From positions 1,550,001-1,614,000 of the forward strand of contig JAUFOQ010000017.1 in assembly GCA_040285855.1 (NCBI GenBank): a stretch of DNA of 64,000 bases. The letters are read 5' to 3'. Within the stretch, counting starts at the first letter, position 1. The number at the start of each line of letters is the position of its first letter. The translations under genes and the position numbers were made by a program. Shown piece by piece: positions 24,613-38,269 of the stretch. The stretch comes from Eukaryota sp. GEM-RC1 (Eukaryota). The notes beneath the pieces were generated by a model. It was not told the origin of the DNA, did not search any database, and saw only the letters and a list, made by a program, of their open reading frames with translations.

Positions 24613-25806
24613 ATGTCTCTATTGGTTTCAAACCCCCAGAACCTTCAAAAAATACTGTTCTTGCAAAGTGGCGTGATGGACAGTATTATAAAGCTGAAAT
24701 TCTGGCTACTAATGTGGAAACAGACAAGCGCATATATTACATTCACTATCTTGACTTCAACAGGAGACTAGACCAGTGGGTAGACGAAGTAGACGTTGAT
24801 TTTGCTGGTGCAAACGTGGCTTCTTCTGTTCCATTAGAATGTCTTTCTCCTCAAGCATCCAGACCTACAACCCGTTCACGACGAGGTGAAGATCAACTAC
24901 TTCATGAACCTCAGAAAAGCGAACTTCCTGAGCTTTCTCTTTATGAAAAAGAACGTATAGAAAGAACCAAGTTCAAAAACGTCCAGACAATCCAACTAGG
25001 ATCATATGTTATCGATACTTGGTACTTTTCTCCATACCCATTAGATTTTACTCCAACGCAATGCCTCTTCATTTGTGAATACTGTTTGAAATATCTTCCT
25101 TGCAAACTTTCTCTTCTCCGACACTCCAAGAAATGTTCCCTAAGACATCCCCCCTGGTGATGAGATTTACAGATCTGACGATTCGTCGCTCTCAATGTTT
25201 GAAATCAATGGTACCTTACAACGCCTTTATTGTCAAAATCTCTGTTTGCTGGCCAAACTATTTCTTGATCACAAAACTCTTCACTTTGATGTTGATCCCT
25301 TTATGTTTTATATCCTGACTGAAAATGACTACTCTGGATCTCGAATTGTTGGGTATTTTTCTAAAGAAAAACATTCTAAAGACGGGTATAACCTTGCTTG
25401 TATTTTAACAATGCCTGCCCATCAGAAAAAAGGATATGGTAACTTTTTAATTCAGTTTAGTTATGAATTGTCTAAATTGGAGGGAAAAACTGGATCTCCT
25501 GAGAAACCTCTGTCTGACCTTGGATATGTTTCTTATCGATCTTATTGGAAAAATATCTTGTTAAAGTTGCTCATTTCTGTAGATCGACCTGTATCAATCT
25601 ATGACCTATCAAAATTGACTGCAATCACGGAAGAAGACGTGACAAAAACATTACAATCATTGAATTTAATTAAATATTATAAGGGTAATCACTTGTTAGT
25701 AATTACCCCTGACATTATTGAAAATCATCTCGCAAAACAAAAACCATTTAAATTGTTGGTAAACCCGAGGAATATTAAGTGGGTTCCTTATAGAAAAGAA
25801 AATTGA
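24613..25806 (+). CDS. MYST-family histone acetyltransferase with Tudor-knot/chromo domain (Esa1/Tip60/MOF-like)
   Basis: [39 protein letters not shown] (extra C in run at about 25150), [29 protein letters not shown]. Confidence 0.93.
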
Positions 25807-27095
25807 AAAAATATACAATTTTTAAATTTCATCAAAAGAAATGTACAAACGAAGTCTAATCTTCGTCTCCAAAAATTTAAAATTTTGGAGGAATCTTGAA
25901 AATTAAGCAAAGAACTGCACGATGAAGTTGATAATTCATCGAGATTCGTAATATTCGCAATATTTATAGCTGTTATAACATCAGGACTAGTAGTAAGTTG
26001 ACGCAGATCCTTTATTTCTGATTCTCCAGATAAGGCAACTTTACTGCAAGAAGAGTAAATGTAAAGCGACAAATGAATTGAGCTTTGAAAGATTATACAT
26101 GAGGGGATTAGTAGATGGAAGTGATGTGCAATGGACTGTAATAAAGACAGAGAACAAATTAGAATCGTGTTGACATTGATTATGACAAAAAATACCAAAA
26201 AGTGGACAGAAAAAGAATGATTCAGACGATTTGAACGATTCACAAGTAGAAAATGTATGAAAGTGACACAGAGCAAAATGTAGAGATCACGGTTATGGCG
26301 CGATATCCAGGCTATAAGTACTAGTGAAGTAAATGATGTGGATGAAGAGATGAGAAACCACAGAAAACCGAAATGCTTTTTGGCCTCGTTTTGATCCTTG
26401 ACATTCTTTGAATAGGAGGAAATGAGTTTCAACCTCAACATCAGAAGTAGGAAAAGAAGAAAAGAGCAAAAAATGTATACGTACAAATAAGGGCGCATGT
26501 CATTCACAAGGCTGAATAGGCTAGAAAAGAAGATCGAACTAGATATACCAATGCACACAAAGATAGGAATGTACGCCAACAATTGTTTGCTGACTCTTTG
26601 GTTTTCACCTTTAGAAAGTCCAAACGATGTTGAAAAAGAAGTCATAAAGCAAGAAATTTCAGTATTGGAAGCGGCCACCATCATCAAGAAAATGTATGAA
26701 GAGTTACATAATTCGCTTTGTGATTTGTGATCGCAACAATCACACATTTGAAAACACAACGCATACAAACTCAAAATATCACTGATAGAAATCTTCCTTC
26801 TTTGGTTTTCGTCATCACTTAGAACTCATACTGCTTATTTTGATCTCATTTTCACTATTCAAGTTGTCATTCAGTGATCCATGATCTCCAATAACGAGAA
26901 ATGAATTGTCTGAATGAATACCGGATGATTGTAGGGCTGTTTCAGCAACAGTAATGTCATGAAGACAACTTCTTGAGATCCAAGATTTGTTTTTAAGATT
27001 CGTTGTTTTTATCAAAGAAAAACAGGGTTAGGTACACATGTTATAATCAAAACTCCACCAATCTCAATACTAGTATTTGTAATTACAACATTTGG
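25788..27095 (-). CDS. Multi-pass membrane protein of unknown function (5' boundary uncertain, frameshifted)
   Basis: 328-aa hydrophobic ORF 25788-26774, joined upstream to 26815-27015 by a 1-nt correction. Confidence 0.55.
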
Positions 27096-27173
27096 TGAGA
27101 ATCAATCTTAATGAAAGTGTAGTATGGGTATTGAAATGTTGTTACTGATAATTTTTTCTTCTATATGTAATGC

Positions 27174-29803
27174 TTCCTGTTTGGAAGTTTTTCTTCGACA
27201 AACAAGTACAGAAGAATCCAGCAAAAGTTCCTGAAATTTTCCACCCTTCTAAAATATCCGTAGATAAACATATTCGTCAGCAATTACTTCGTGGTCGTTA
27301 TGGTTCTGCTAAAAATTCTCTTTTTTCGTCTAAACTAGCTCCTTTTAATGACGATACTGTTTCTCAATTACAATCTTTGCACCCCAAGGAAAATTTTCAT
27401 ACGAAAGTTCCACTTTCTCCAACTTATTGGAGAAAAAATCCTATTTTGTCAGATGAGTTATTGAATTTGATTTTAAAGTTGCCATGTGGGAAAGCTCCTG
27501 GACCTTCTGGTATCACTTTTGATATTTTAAAAGCAGTTTGTAGACAAAATTCTTTAATTGTTGACGACCTTTGTGATTTTTTCAATGACGTTCTATTGTT
27601 GAAAGTTGTTGCCCTAAAAGAACTCAGTGCCTCGCGTTTGGTTGCTTTAGTGAAACCAAATAAGAAAATTCGTCCAATTGCTGTCGGGGAATCGATTTAT
27701 AGACTTTTCTCATCTCTAGTGTTCTTTAGAATTTTTAACAAAGCTCAGTATGGAATTAAAACAATTGATGGTGCTTCAGTTGCAGCTTTGACATCTGATC
27801 TTTTTTTGAACACCAAAATTGACAATTATGTTTTTAATCTTGACTTTAAAAACGCATTCAACTCTGTTAAACGTGCTGCTATTTTGCCATAATGACAAGA
27901 ACATTTTCCAGAATTGGAATCTTTTTTTCATACTTTTTATGGTAATTCGTCTGATTTGGTCTACAACTCGGCTAATCTTTCTTCATTAACCGGTGTTAAA
28001 CAAGGCGATCCTCTTGGACCTTTTTTTCTTCTGCCTTGCTATTCACCCCATCCTCAACTATCTTAAATCCAAGTAGAAGGATTTGGAAATTGTTGCTTAT
28101 ATGGATGACATTTCTTTTATTGCACCTTTTGAGACTATACAAGCAATTTCTGCAGAAGCTGCCACTTTGTATGAAGAGATTGGTGTAAATTTACATATTC
28201 AAAATTGTTTCGTTATAGGAAAAGAACCAAAGTTATTAACAATTCGTTCAATTGAAGTCCCTTTCATTAGTTATTCTGCTTCAAGTTTCAGATTTCTTGG
28301 TTGTTTTTTTTGGTAAAAGGAAGATATTGTCAAAAACCTTGATGATTACTTGATTTTGATTCAACAAGAGTTGGATAAGATTAAAGTTCTTGAAATTGAA
28401 AAACATTTAAAATTCTTCATGCTCAAAATTTGTTATTCTGGCAAAATTACTCATCTTTTGAGGTCTCTTGCTCCTGAGTTATCGTATGATTTCTATAGAG
28501 CTTTTAACAAAATTCGCACAGACTTTCTTTCTTTTCTTCAAGTCAACCCCAATTCTTTAAAAAACCACACATTTTCCAGTCCATATCTTGGAGGTTTGGG
28601 ATTTACATCTTCTAAATGGTGGACTAAAGCAGCTTTTATTGGTGGTGGAAAGAATTTTGTATTCGAGTTTTGTAATCGATATCCATCAAGAACTTCTCTT
28701 CTTGAAAGTACTAGCAGCTTTTATCTTAATCATCTCCGTGGTGAAATAGGAAATCTTTCTCCTGAGCTATGGTCAACTTGCTTTCCTGTTGATATCAAAG
28801 AAATTCCATGTCGAAACATTTTGTCTTTAAAGTTTGCTCTAAAAAAGCTACAAAATCATTTATTAAAATATTTTGAAAGTTTAGATTTTACAGTCCGTCT
28901 TAGCTCGGCTAAGGAAAAAAATCCAGCTTTCGCTAATTTTTTAATTGATTTAAAGGAGAGTTCTGCTGTGGCATTAATCAATCAAATTCCACAAGTATAC
29001 GGTTTGTTATTAAATGATCATCAATGGACCACTACAATGAGACTTCGTTGTTATTTATGGCCTTATAATTTGCCAAATGATCTTCAATGTAGTTGTGGAA
29101 AACAGTTAACGTTTTCTCATCTGTTAAGTTGTAATCGCTACATAACTTATCGAACGTGTATGCATGATGCTGTAAGAGATCAAATACATGCTATGTGTAA
29201 GTCTTACAAAATTGAGTCATTTGTTGAACCACTTCTAAGATCTTTAGAACCAAGTAATAAGTGTAATGTCGAAAAACAGAACCAATTTTTTGGTAAACGA
29301 AGAGCAGATGTTGTTGTCTCTTCTTTTCAGACAAATTGTTTGTTGTTGATGTAGTGTCAGTTGATGTTTGTAAAAGACATCTTTAAAGAACGCTTCGTCT
29401 GAAACTTCTGCTTTAGACATTTCTGAACAGACCAAACAGGATAAGTACAGAAAACCATTGATGGCTTTAAAACATGTAAAACATGTTGAGTACGAATTAT
29501 GCCCTTTGCCGTTTCAATATACGGACGTTTAGGAAAATGTGCATTAAATTTTTTAACGATTTCGGAAAAATCGTAAAAAATAGGATGGACAAACGTTTTG
29601 ATCATATGTTATGGTTGAATTGGATCGTTTTTACAGTTTTTAAAACAGTTCCCCTAATCAGCTCCAAAGCTTTATTAGCAGTGAGTTCGTTTTATGAGGA
29701 CAAAGCTGCTGTAAGGTTTGATAGCAACGGGTGTTGTTTTAATGATATCAAATTCTAGTTGTTTGATCTATTACATTTATAATAAAAATCTTAGAGAAAA
29801 AAA
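27174..29803 (+). mobile_element. 5'-truncated CRE-like retrotransposon family B with poly(A) tail and TSD
   Basis: RT (AYMDD), CSCG..HLLSC and RRAD RLE motifs. AATAAA at about 29781 and A-run at 29797-29803. 11-bp TSD ATATGTAATGC (27163-27173 / 29804-29814). Confidence 0.93.
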
Positions 29804-30135
29804 ATATGTAATGCCGTTAAACACAACCATTAAAATATACTATATAAATTTCTCAAACTTAACTAACACTACTATATCCCCCCATCACTCTCGCAAACAT
29901 CACAGCCAACGAATAAGACTCCTTAAAACCAGTCCCACAACAATACTCACACATCACTTCACGAAATTCATCTAATATTCCCAAACATTGTTCATTACAA
30001 ACCAATTCATCATTTAAATCTAGTATCGACACAACAAAAGTATGGGTCAATGCCAAAACATTAAAGTACTTGTCCCATATCTGTACATAGACCTAAAACG
30101 AAATTTACTCTTCCAGTACGATTTGTTAAACTTCT

Positions 30136-30199
30136 AAAAAAAAACGGGGTTTATGATCAATCAGTGAAATTAATGCATTTGCAGAAATTAATAACTAAC
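30136..30199 (-). mobile_element. Very short (64 bp) 3'-end insertion of family A inside another CRE-like fragment (about 30070-30315)
   Basis: TSD AAACTTCT (30128-30135 / 30200-30207). The rejoined flanks resemble 60640-60790. Confidence 0.85.
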
Positions 30200-30439
30200 A
30201 AACTTCTTGCCAAATTCTGAACACAAATTTTCAAACAAATTTAAAAACTCCTTGGTAGAAGAACCGGTATTTCCGTACAACGAAACTGCAAAAGGCTGAA
30301 AGACGATATTATTGTGTCCTAATAATGTGTGTTTGTTTTTTTAAATTCAGATTTTTGTACAAAGGATACCTGTTTTATGTACCGCGTAAAGTGTAGTACA
30401 ATGGAAATTTGGACTTTGAAGCATGGAACACAAATGTTC

Positions 30440-30920
30440 CGCAGCGATTTTAGGCGTACCGTACCGTACGTACGGACGTACGGTACATGTACCGGTACTG
30501 TACTTTTGGCCGACTAAAATACATTATTACTAATTTGCACATGATAATCCAATGTGAGATTTTAACAGTTACCATCGTCATACATTGTGCCGTTAAACAA
30601 AGCTCATGATACCAAGACCACGATGATTGTCACACTTATTCAAATTTAGGGTACATCATTTGCTGACCACAACTGTCCCAAAATGACAATGGTATCTTCA
30701 AATCTCAGTAATCGCATGAAATCAACAATGGTAGCGTCTCCGACTCACAGCGCATTTAATGAGCGACTGTTACGAGATATAACAATGATATAGGGCCCTA
30801 AAAGCCAAAGAGTGTATTTTTAAACGATTATAAGATGCAGAAGCAAATTGTACATCGGTACGGGAGAAAAAGAAATCGGTACGTACCGATCCGTACCGTA
30901 CGTACCAAAGATTTGCGCAC
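30440..30920. repeat. Probable MITE remnant with GTAC/CGTAC-rich clusters at both ends
   Basis: Clusters at 30452-30503 and 30850-30906; no clean TIR or TSD resolved. Confidence 0.4.
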
Positions 30921-31233
30921 ATTGCTTTGAAGATTATTAGATGTATGTAAACTTTGGTGTTGTTGTTAATAAAAGGAAAAATTAGTTGCAGTTTAATTTA
31001 GTAAAATACAAGTGGAAAAAAGCTATACTGTACATGTATGATAGCTCATACTAAAAGGTAGAATCCAATATTGTGAAAAACTGTGTAAAAATGTAATTAA
31101 AATTGACAAGTAAAAGAAATTAAAAAGAAGCACGCGATTCAACTACAAAATAAAGCACAAGACATGTTTTAAGAACATTAAATTTAAATATTTTGATCAT
31201 CACACATTTTTTGAACTACACTTTTTGCAATAA

Positions 31234-34200
31234 TTAATTAATCAGTTTGGACACTGCATTAGCATGAAAAACATGAAAAAAAGTGTCAATTTTGGAATAC
31301 AATTGCAAAAGATCACTAACTACTTCTCGTTCTTTTAGAGAGGTATAAACATCAGAGTGGCTTATAAGAAAAAGCAAGATATTTTGAACACGTGGAACTA
31401 TAAAGGAAGGAATTAAAAAGGATCTAGAAGAGGTAAATTGTAGAAACCCATTTAAATACACAATAATGGAAAAATCTCCGTCGTTTGAATTCAAAAAGTG
31501 ATTCAGTATTGGTAGTAAAACTATATTACAAAAAGTTGACATAGAATCAAGTGACAAAAGTTCAAAAATAGACGGACTCATGAATTTCAACCAGATAGAG
31601 ATTGGGTGCACGTCATCAATTGAGATCATGACGTTTTCAAAATTGGACAATTGATTGGACATTTTGTTAAGTTTTGAAAGAATTTGAGCGAAAAGAACCG
31701 TCAAATCAGATTTAGAAACATGGCCAGACTTGAAGAGTATCAACAAATAATCAAAAGATTTTTTAATAAAGTAAGGATCTAAAGTAAAAATATCCTTCAA
31801 TATTGTGGATTTAACCAAATTCGACAAACAATGAACAAAAAGTTGAGATGATATTGGTTGTTGCTCCAAAGAATCAACCTGACACGTATACAGGGGGAGA
31901 TATGCAATCAATTAAAAATGATTGGTTGTCTTTATCATTGGCTAAGGCTAATCCAGCAACTAAACGTCTGGGAAGATTTACACAGAACGGTAGAGAAATT
32001 GAAAATTGTTGAAGAAATGTAGACATACTTAAAAATCTCTTGAAAAAAATCAAAAATGATTTTTGGAACTTATAGTCCCTCATAGAACTCATGATTAAAT
32101 TACTTGCAGACAAGATAAATGAAGAATATAAATATGCCAAATAGGGATGGGTCAAATTTTTAAATTGTGGAAAGTTTTCAAATGACGATGTTTCTAACAA
32201 ACAATGCACAATTTGGTAACAAAACTGACTGAATGAAACACTCTTTGGGGTGAAAGGAATATTGTCAAACATTATTAGGTAGAATGACGATGAATCAGCA
32301 GCATTGAATTTAATGTTATCAAGAATAACAATATCTGACAAATTTGAAATAGTTGCGTGAGTAATCGAAATCAAAGTCGAAAAACTTGAACAATTGTCAG
32401 TGATGATGCAAGTTTCAACAATGTTGATGACAAAACGACAAGGATTATCACATGAAACAATTCTAAACACATCTTTGAAGAAAATTAAAATATTGGAGTT
32501 GAATTTTCCAGAATTTGGTGTCAAAGCCAGCATCATTTTAAATAGAGAAAATATTTCAACATTTGATTTGTTGGAGGTGCTCATCACATCTAAACTTTCC
32601 CAAATTGACGGACCAAATACTTGCAAAATGGTGGAGAAAGTAGAAGCAAAAAAGGATGGAATGACATCTAAATTCAGCAAATATTTTAAAAAACGAGACG
32701 TCGTTGACATGACAAAATCATTAACTTCAAAGGACGTCATTTTTAGTAGCATAAAATTTAAAAATTTAAGTGACGACACGGTTAAACGACAGTTGTGCTG
32801 ACCAAGAACGTCGACAAAGGTAGTGAAAAGCTGTAATAGATCCACAAATTCAGTACAAATGACTTCGAAAGAGTTTAAATGATGAAACCAGAATAGCATT
32901 AATTCATCAACTATAGGAAAAATTCCAACAGGTACGCTCCGACTGGTATCAAAATCGAAATAGTTCCAGATATTTGGATTTCTGTCGAGAATTAATAACT
33001 GTGCAATCAACTCCAACCGAGAGTTAACAAAAATTTCGAGAATGTCTGAATTTTTAAAACCCAAATCTACAATTCGAATCACAAAACAAAGAACATTTGT
33101 CACAATTGAGAAAATGTCGTGGTCAATGGTGGATCCTAGCAGAAGATCTACACCAACAAGAATTTCATCAATTAAAAAAAGCACGGAATTTTCAAAATTT
33201 TCAAAATTTTGTTGTGAGATACGGCTCCACAGTGCCAAATCTGCACTCAGTGAATTTATTAAATAATCTCGAGGTATTTGATCCATATCATATCGATCCT
33301 TTGATAATAAATACAGGAAAGAATTCGACAACGTCGTTGTCACTGTGACTTCACTAGACTCAAGAAAGAACTCAGAAATATTAACAATTCCATAAAGATC
33401 TGTCGAGTGAATTGACAAAAGAGAGCAAACAAACGGATGAGGGGATGAGTTTTGAAAAAATGTGGAAATATAGGAAATATCAGTTTTGGGTGAAACAAAA
33501 AAGTCACAATCCATTAGAAAATTAAAAAATGATTGAAGAGACGCTGAACGTAGAATTTTGACCGAAATAGGAAGGCGGTCAAAAATGGTCGACATAATAT
33601 CACCCAGCAAATATAGTTCATCAGTGGAAATATTGGTCGAATTGAAAAATTTGGAACAACAACATTTTAAAAAGTATGATGTATTTGGTCTAAATTTGAC
33701 ACAAACGGGTCGTTCGACTTCGACTGAAACTGATGACGTGAAAAAAGAACTCAGGTTCAAGAAATTGCCAGAATTATTCAAAATTTTAAAAAAAGACGGA
33801 CATGGATAACGAGAGCAGTAATACGATAGAGTTTCAGTGGAAAGAAGAGCAGAATAGTGGAAAAGAAACACTTCGTCAGAAAACTTAGTATTATTTAAAA
33901 TATCATTCGATGTGGACTCGAAAGTCGAATTTCTGATACATGCCCAGAAAACGGCAACAAAATGACTTGCTTGAGATTTGGTAAACTCACAAACTGAGCA
34001 GGAGCGACTACAAATAAGTAACCAACCCAAAACTCCAGAATAACTGAAATTTTTTAAATTGTCAAGGTCAAAGGTGTGAAGAAATGATAAAGGAGATGAA
34101 GAAGTGTTTACAATGTCTTCAAAATTTATAAAGTTGGAATTTTTGCAAAATTTAACAGCTCGACAACTTCAGAATCTAAACCAACCATCAAATCATCAGA

Positions 34201-36159
34201 ATTCATTGAAAACAAAGAGCTCACTGAAGACACTCTTGAAAGAGAAGATTCTTCGGTAGGAACAGAATTAGTGTCATGTTCCAGGAAAGTTGAGCTCTTC
34301 TCAAGTTGGGAAGAGCTCACAGGAAGATTTGATTGATTAAAATGATTGGATGAAGTTATGAGGGATAATCGGCCTCGAGATTGAGACTCCTGAGTTAAAA
34401 ACGGTTGAAAATACGATTGAAGAAGTGAAGTGGATGGTAAAAAAATCGAAGATGAAACATATACATCACATATATTTAAAACGTTATCGATGATGAAACA
34501 GCTATCAAAATGCTCAAAAATTGGTAAGTTGATGTGTTGAAAGTCAAGAACAGCGTGTAAAAAAGAAAGAGAGGGAATCGAAAAAGAAGATTCTTCCTTA
34601 GTAAAACCGAATTCACGACAAAAATTAAATATTTCACAAAATATTTCAGTACTCCAAGTTTCAATTTTTGAATCCTCGAGAGTTGCTAAACAAGCAAAAG
34701 ATTTTGTTACCAAAATGTTTGAAATTCCGAAAACAAAAGCCGAAAGGTTCAAAATGTTGATATTAGTGTTTGTTGAAAATTTTAAAATTGCTGAGATGAA
34801 CTTTGGAGACATAAGATCATAGAAGGGCAAGAAGTGACACAAGAAATTCAATTTTTCTAATAAATTCAATATTTCTTTGGGACCAGAATTTGTTCCTGTC
34901 AAAGTTTCAATTATTGAGTGGTAAATAACATGTGGCTCATGAGTTAGAATGTGATTAAATAATGCAGGCAGATTATTGAGAATATGAAGAGAAACTAAAT
35001 TATTGAAATCTTCTGAAATATCTAAATTTCCAGCAGATAAAAGCTTGGACAAATTTGAAAGACACACAGTTGCAAAGAGATCAATATAGCATTTGTTATC
35101 CAAATTTAAAATTTTTCCCAAAATTCTTGACAACAAACAAGATGAAACGACGCGCTTTTCAATAGTTTCATGTTCTAAATTGGAAAAAAAGTCCTGGAAA
35201 GTACTAAAAAACAAAGAATTGGTAGTGAGAATGGATACAAAATATGAACAGAGTTGGTCCATTGACTTCTCTTGACCGGCAGAAGTAGGGATCACTAAAA
35301 GACAGTTAATTAAACCAATGCAAATATCCGAAACAACATCAGAGTCTTTGAAATTTAAAATTTTGCTAAAATCCAAGGATGAGATGAAACCCTGAATTAT
35401 ACTAATCAGAGTTTGCAGCACCGAAATACTGGGAGTGCTCTGGAATAGAAATTTAAAATATTTCGGAAGTAAGGAAGCAAACAGCTGGGCCTCGGCAGAA
35501 TTTGAAAATTCAACAGTGGGGACTTGAGGATCTTTTTCGGAAAAATTTAAAAAACTAGATAAGAAAAGCACTGATTTTGATACAAATTCCAAAGACAAGC
35601 TATCGTAGGGGAGAGACAAGGTATCAGAAAGAACACCTAAAACTGAAGAAATAATAGAATCAGTGGTATTGGATAGATACAATTGTCTCATAAACTGCAA
35701 ATGTTCAATAGAATCTTCAATGATACAAGCTTTAACAACAGAAGCTATGATAACCCCCAAAACGAAGGAAGATGAAGTCAAAAGAGTTTCAGAATGTTCA
35801 AGTAGAAGCGGGTGTACGAGGTCAGGAGACTTTACCACAAGAGTAGCCAAAACATTAGCCATTGAAGAGAAAACAGAAGAAGGAGTAAGAGCAGAGACAG
35901 TTTTAGGATCTGTAGGTAAAAGTGATGACGTGAGAAGTGCACTGACAACAGAGAAGACAGATTCTTGAGAGATCCTTTCTTCATTAAGTTGAAGAGTTTT
36001 TGAAAGTGAGAATGACAGGTGTTGCAGGAAACACGAAGAAGGACAGCTCTTAGAAGCAGATATGACGGATGAAACTTCAAGGCAACAATCGTGTGTAAAC
36101 CTGTTTTCCTTTAGAAGAGTATAAACAAGCTTGGTAGTTCTAGTGGATGAAACGACCAT
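31234..36159 (-). CDS. Large (~1640 aa) helical-repeat (ARM/HEAT-like) protein of unknown identity, split by 2 apparent indels
   Basis: ORFs 34126-36159, 31874-34030 and 31234-31911 are contiguous. The gap 34030-34140 is open in the downstream frame. Leu/Ser/Phe-rich amphipathic composition. Confidence 0.7.
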
Positions 36160-36229
36160 TTCTTAGTCAAAATCAATCCGTGAAAAAGTCTTGGGGAAAA
36201 GAGATGAAGTGGAATTATTCTACAAAAAC

Positions 36230-37076
36230 TAGGAATGTTAATTAGTTCAGTTCAGTTCAGCCATGAACTAGTTCAGTTCAGTTCACACCTCCATGAACTG
36301 AACTGAACTACTAGTAAATGAACTTACATTTTATTCCATTTTTATTACTACATAAATGCACTTTTTTACCACATATAAGGAACGTAGGATGAAGTATTTC
36401 AATCGTGTTATGAATCGGTCAACTTAAAGCCACGTAAGAACGCAAGTGTTTAAAGATCAAATTTACCGTTTTCTTAGGTAAATATACCTTTCTTAATGGT
36501 AAATTTACTGCGAAGAGCCGAAAGCGGAAGAAGAAGCGGAAGAAGAAGGTCGTCGAAAGCAAGTGTTTGCGGAGTTGAAAAAGTATATCACAGAAGCTGC
36601 TTGTGATGTTTCATCCAATCCTTTACACTATTGGACCTTAAATCACAACGGCTAAATACCCTAGACTATCAACGCTATTTTGGAGAAATGCAACAATTCA
36701 AGCCAGTAGTGTTGCGTCTGAGCCTTTATTTTTACTTGCACAACTGATTGCATGTAAAACAAGACCCCAGTTCAGTGATGATTCAGTTCAATCGCGTGTT
36801 TGCTTGCACTCATGGTTAATTACTGATGTCTAATTAGAGTATGTTTTTCACATGATGGTTTATTAAATTTTGGAACGATTGAGTACTACATGTACTTGTT
36901 GATGACTCGTTGATTTGATCTTAGGTATATTATTGTGGAAACAATGGTATATTTGCTCCTGTTCATATAGTTCAGTTCAGTTCATGAACTAGTTCAGTTC
37001 AGTTCATGGTAGTCAGTGAACTAGTTCAGTTCAGTTCACACTTTTTTGAACTGAACTGAACTATTTAACATTCCTA
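36230..37076 (+). mobile_element. Non-autonomous hAT element
   Basis: TIR TAGGAATGTTAA(T/A)TAGTTCAGTTCAGTTCA. Perfect 8-bp TSD ACAAAAAC (36222-36229 / 37077-37084). GTTCA/TGAAC subterminal repeats. Remnant hAT dimerization domain (ELKKY..NPLHYW..YPRLS..IQASSVASEPLF..CLHSWL) at about 36570-36825. Confidence 0.9.
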
Positions 37077-37089
37077 ACAAAAACATTTA

Positions 37090-37638
37090 AACTACAAGCA
37101 AGGTCCTAATACAAGCATATCAGATGGTATGCTTGTATTGTTTTACAAAACAAACACACAGATTTCTTTTATTAAATACTGATCTCTTTATACAAAACCG
37201 CAGAGAGTCATATTGGAATTATTCATAGATTTCATTTACTAATTACAAAAAAAATTGGCCATTATACATTGTAATTTGTAAAAAGACTGTAACACGTGCT
37301 GGACAAGTTTGTAACACAAGAATTGCTAAACTTCTAGGAAACAGTGATACAATGAAGTTTCTCAATTTTTACGGCAATCATATTTGTTCTATAGACGCTA
37401 GCTTTAGGGATGCGATTGATTTTTCGGTGGTCGATAATTTACGAGATTTACGAAAACCTTTTTGACCAAGAAATTGTGGACCTGACACATTTTGATGTTT
37501 CGTTTGGTTCGATTGATCTACCTGTCTGTCAGGATTAATCAGTATACTTTAAAGATAACTTTATTTAATTATACAAAAGGGACCCTAATACAAGCAGGAT
37601 TCCAATACAAGCAAGGTCCTAGTACAAGCATACTAGTA
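37090..37638. repeat. DNA-transposon remnant with repeated TACAAGCA motifs
   Basis: TACAAGCAAGGTCCTA(A/G)TACAAGCATA at about 37093 and 37606, plus further motif copies; ends ...CATACTAGTA. Confidence 0.45.
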
Positions 37639-37646
37639 GTTGTCTT

Positions 37647-38128
37647 CAGGACTGTCTAAATTTTTTTCATATAATCATTTTTCTGTCTAAAAATTGAACC
37701 GTAAATAAATTTTGGGACTAAATTTTGGGACTAAACCTTTCCCATAACTAATCCAAACCGTAAATTAATTTCCGTTATTTATTAATAGGCGAACAATGAC
37801 GTCCTGCAAGCACATGAATGTTGTGATACTTAACGTGATGTTTGGATACTCTTGTCATGAAGAGAGACTATCCAAATCCGCAATTACTGTCTGTTCTGAT
37901 GGATTGGACAATTGTCTGTAAAACCAATTAGATAACAACACCTTTATTTACATTTTTGAATATTTGCGATTTCCTGATGGGTATTGATTTTGTGGAAAAC
38001 ATATTACGTACATTAGTTCCGTAATGTTTAAGTTCCTTAAATTAACTTCCGTAATTCTCAATTTACGGTATTTTATGGAACCAAAATTGAAATCGAATTA
38101 CGGGGAAATTTATTTTTAGACAGGCCTG
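37647..38128. mobile_element. MITE with CAGG(A/C)CTGTCTAAA terminal inverted repeats
   Basis: CAGGACTGTCTAAA at 37647 and TTTAGACAGGCCTG ending at 38128; CCGTAA subterminal motifs; TSD only partly conserved (GTTG). Confidence 0.6.
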
Positions 38129-38269
38129 GTTGAGGATATCCAACTTCGTGGTATTTCGGTAGGTATTAGGTATTGAGGTAGACATTAGGTATTTTCACGT
38201 CTCATTTTGAAGATAGGTAGGTAACTGTTGCCAAGTTTCTCCCTCGACTTCTCAGAACAATTTAAGAGA

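Noticed and set aside
32394..36080. Numerous short plus-strand and alternate-frame ORFs overlapping long genes (also in 21095-21752, 50660-50947, 63148-63627)
   Set aside because: Antisense or shadow frames of real CDSs with no independent motifs.
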